Assembly (NCBI GenBank): GCA_963779415.1
Contig: CAVZYA010000002.1
Coordinates: 864,001-928,000 of the forward strand
Origin: an uncultured Acidobacteriota bacterium
GTDB lineage: Bacteria; Acidobacteriota; Thermoanaerobaculia; UBA5066
Length of the DNA stretch: 64,000 nucleotides
Direction of reading: 5' to 3'
This document shows, piece by piece, positions 61,701 through 64,000 of the stretch (positions are counted from its first letter, which is position 1; each line of letters begins with the position of its first letter). The notes under the pieces are model-generated. The model was not told the origin of the DNA, did no database searches, and worked only from the letters and a program-made list of their open reading frames with translations. The position numbers and the translations under genes are program-made.

Positions 61701-62059
61701 AGCTCGTCGTCGCCATCGTCCGTCCCGAGAAGCTCAACGACGTCCTCGAGGCGCTCTTCGAGGCCGAGGTCCGGGGCCTCTCCCTCTCCCGCGTGCAGGG
61801 GCACGGCGGCGAGATGGACCGCGTGGAGACCTATCGCGGCACGACCGTGAAGATGGAGCTGTCCGAGAAGGTCCGGCTCGAGATCGGCGTCTCGGACCAC
61901 TTCGTCGAGCCGACCGTCAAGGCGATCCTCTCCTCCGCACGGACCGGCGAGGTCGGAGACGGAAAGATCTTCGTCCTCCCCGTCGAGAAGGTCTTCCGGA
62001 TCCGGTCGGGAGAGGAGGACCAGGCCGCCGTCACGCCGATCGCGAGCGCGGCCGCCTGA
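61697..62059 (+). CDS. glnK: P-II family nitrogen regulator
   Basis: GGAGG SD plus GTG; KLVVAIVRPEKL, YRG and TGEVGDGKIFV; directly after amtB. Confidence 0.93.
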   Translation: MKLVVAIVRPEKLNDVLEALFEAEVRGLSLSRVQGHGGEMDRVETYRGTTVKMELSEKVRLEIGVSDHFVEPTVKAILSSARTGEVGDGKIFVLPVEKVFRIRSGEEDQAAVTPIASAAA

Positions 62060-62109
62060 GACCGGCGTCTTCCGCGACGGGCGATACGCCCGGACCTAGA
62101 ATCCTTGCC

Positions 62110-63383
62110 GTGCCGCTCACGACGTTCGACCTGTCGATCCGGTTCTTCCTGCAGCTCCTCGTCATCCTCGGCGTCTGTCAGGGGACGGCATGGCTTTTCC
62201 GGAAGGTGGGGCAGTCGCAGGTCGTGAGCGAGATGATCGCCGGCGTCTTCCTGGGGCCGTCGCTCTTCGGCTGGCTCTTCCCGGGGGCGAGCGCCTACCT
62301 CTTCCCGAAGGCTTCGATGCCGATCCTCTTCGCCTTCGCGCAGGTCGGCCTCGTCCTCTACATGTTCCTCGTCGGCCTCGAGTTCGACACGGCCCTCCTC
62401 CGGGAGAAGCTCCGGAGCGCGGCTCTCGTCTCGGCGGCCGGGATCAGCGCGCCATTCGCCCTCGGCGGCCTGATCGCGTGGGCGACGCACGCCCGGGCCG
62501 ACCTCGCCCTCTTCGGCGAGGGGGTCTCGATCCCGCAGGCCGTCCTTTACATGGGAGCGGCGATGTCAATCACCGCCTTCCCGATGCTGGCGCGGATCAT
62601 CCACGAGCAGGGACTCTCCCGGACGACGCTCGGGACGCTGGCGCTCGCGGCCGGCTCGCTGGACGACGCGGCGGCGTGGTGCCTCCTGGCGTCGTCCTCG
62701 CCGCCTTCAGCGGGAACGTCTCGATCGCGATCCTCGCCATCGGCGGCGGCGGGCTCTTCCTCGTCTTCTGCCTCGTCGTCCTCCGCCGCCTCCTCGTGCC
62801 GCTCGGCGCGCACGTGGAGCGGGAGAAAGGGATGAGCCCGACCCTCTTTTCGTGGGTCCTGATGATCCTGATGCTCGGAGCCTTCATCACCGATTCGCTC
62901 CGGATCTACGCGGTCTTCGGCGCGTTTCTGACCGGGGCCGCGATGCCGAAGGGGCTCTTCGCCGAAGAGCTGCGGAAGCGGATGCACCCCCTCACGGTCT
63001 CGTTCATCCTTCCGCTCTTCTTCGTCTACTCGGGGCTCAACACGAGAATCGGCCTCGTCTCCACGCCGGCGCTCGCCGCTCTCGCCCTCGTCGTACTTTT
63101 CGCCGCGATCTTCGGCAAGGGGGTCGCCTGCTGGGGGGCGGCGCGCCTCGCCGGGTCGACGCCGAAGGACGCCCTCGGCGTCGGGGTGCTGATGAACGCC
63201 CGCGGACTGATGGAGCTGATCATCCTGAACATCGGCCTCGAGCGGGGGATCATCCAGCCGACCCTCTTCACGATCATGGTCCTGATGGCCGTCGTGACGA
63301 CGCTCATGGCGACGCCGATCTTCGAGCGGATCCACGGCGCGAAGGAAGGCCGGCTCGGGGCGGGCACTCTCGACTTCTCGTGA
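62110..63383 (+). CDS. Cation:proton antiporter (CPA2, frameshift ~62690)
   Basis: EMIAGVFLGPS, SITAFPMLARI, LDDAAAW, FGAF and MNARGLMEL. Confidence 0.9.
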
Positions 63384-64000
63384 GCGGAGGCGCCGGCCCC
63401 CCGGCCGGGTCGCCGCGCGAGGTCCATCTCGGGAAGCTCGCCGTCGTCTTCCTGAAGCTCGGCACGGTCGCGTTTGGCGGACCGGCGGCGCACATCGCCA
63501 TGATGGAGGACGAGTTCGTCCGCCGCCGGGCCTGGCTTTCGAGGCAGGAGTTTCTCGACCTCGTGGGCGCGGCGAGCCTGATCCCCGGTCCCAGCTCGAC
63601 CGAGGTCGCCATCTACGTCGGTTACCGGCGTGCGGGGTGGCGCGGGCTGCTCATCGCCGGCGTCTGCTTCATTCTCCCGGCGGCACTTCTCGTCACCGCG
63701 CTGGCATGGGCCTACGTGCAGCTCGGAAACCTGCCTCGGGTCGGCGCCGTCCTCTACGGCGTCAAGGCGGTGGTCATCGCCATCATCGCGCAGGCGCTCC
63801 TCGGCCTGGCGCGGACGGCCTTCAAGACCAGGACACTCGCGGCGCTGGGCGCGATCGCCTTTTCTGCGTGCCTCTTCGGGGTGAATCCTCTCGGTGTGCT
63901 CGTCGGCTCCGGGCTCGCGAGCGGGCTTCTCCGCGGGCTGGCGCGACCGGACAGGCGACGTGGGGCGGCCTTTCTCCTGAGCGCAGGCGGGATTGCCGGC
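63380..64000 (+). CDS. chrA: Chromate efflux transporter, N-terminal part (runs off window end)
   Basis: FLKLGTVAFGGPAAHIAMM...LIPGPSSTE...GYRRAG. Confidence 0.9.
   Translation, partial: MSGGAGPPAGSPREVHLGKLAVVFLKLGTVAFGGPAAHIAMMEDEFVRRRAWLSRQEFLDLVGAASLIPGPSSTEVAIYVGYRRAGWRGLLIAGVCFILPAALLVTALAWAYVQLGNLPRVGAVLYGVKAVVIAIIAQALLGLARTAFKTRTLAALGAIAFSACLFGVNPLGVLVGSGLASGLLRGLARPDRRRGAAFLLSAGGIAG

Noticed and set aside
61514-62059. Apparent AmtB C-terminus-GlnK fusion
   Set aside because: GGAGG plus GTG at 61697 and a GTGA overlap (...EGGRA*) indicate two coupled genes; the read-through is probably another indel.

Overview
Very GC-rich bacterial chromosomal window. Gene content (Cys-containing Pal, PGN-type EF-P, MacB-type permeases, PEGA kinase) suggests Acidobacteriota, but this is inference only. 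It is mostly core and housekeeping genes: a selenocysteine-encoding selD, a Ser/Thr kinase, gcvT-H-PA-PB, a DAK2-DegV/FadL/SGNH-lipase cluster, pal, efp, uvrD/pcrA, a MacAB-like ABC exporter, phoH-ybeY-era, an MglA-like GTPase, glycosylation genes, a split AAA+/vWA pair, a sigma54 two-component pair, an ECF sigma/anti-sigma pair, tRNA-Ala(CGC) and tRNA-Thr(CGT) with an adjacent RelE-type TA pair, and a NifA-like activator-amtB-glnK unit. Many genes are broken by single-base indels, most simply explained by unpolished long-read errors, so frameshifts are not treated as biology. There is no CRISPR array, rRNA, integrase or transposase. The best leads are an in-frame internally deleted mini-GlnA, a putative lipase-FadL-fatty acid kinase scavenging module, and a NifA-like regulator with a thrice-repeated CCnACA-N4-TGTnGG-like operator next to a Thermus-type P-II. 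Also noted are pervasive leaderless promoters and gene 3'-end duplications around small insertions. All family calls come from recognising motifs by eye; no database search was run.
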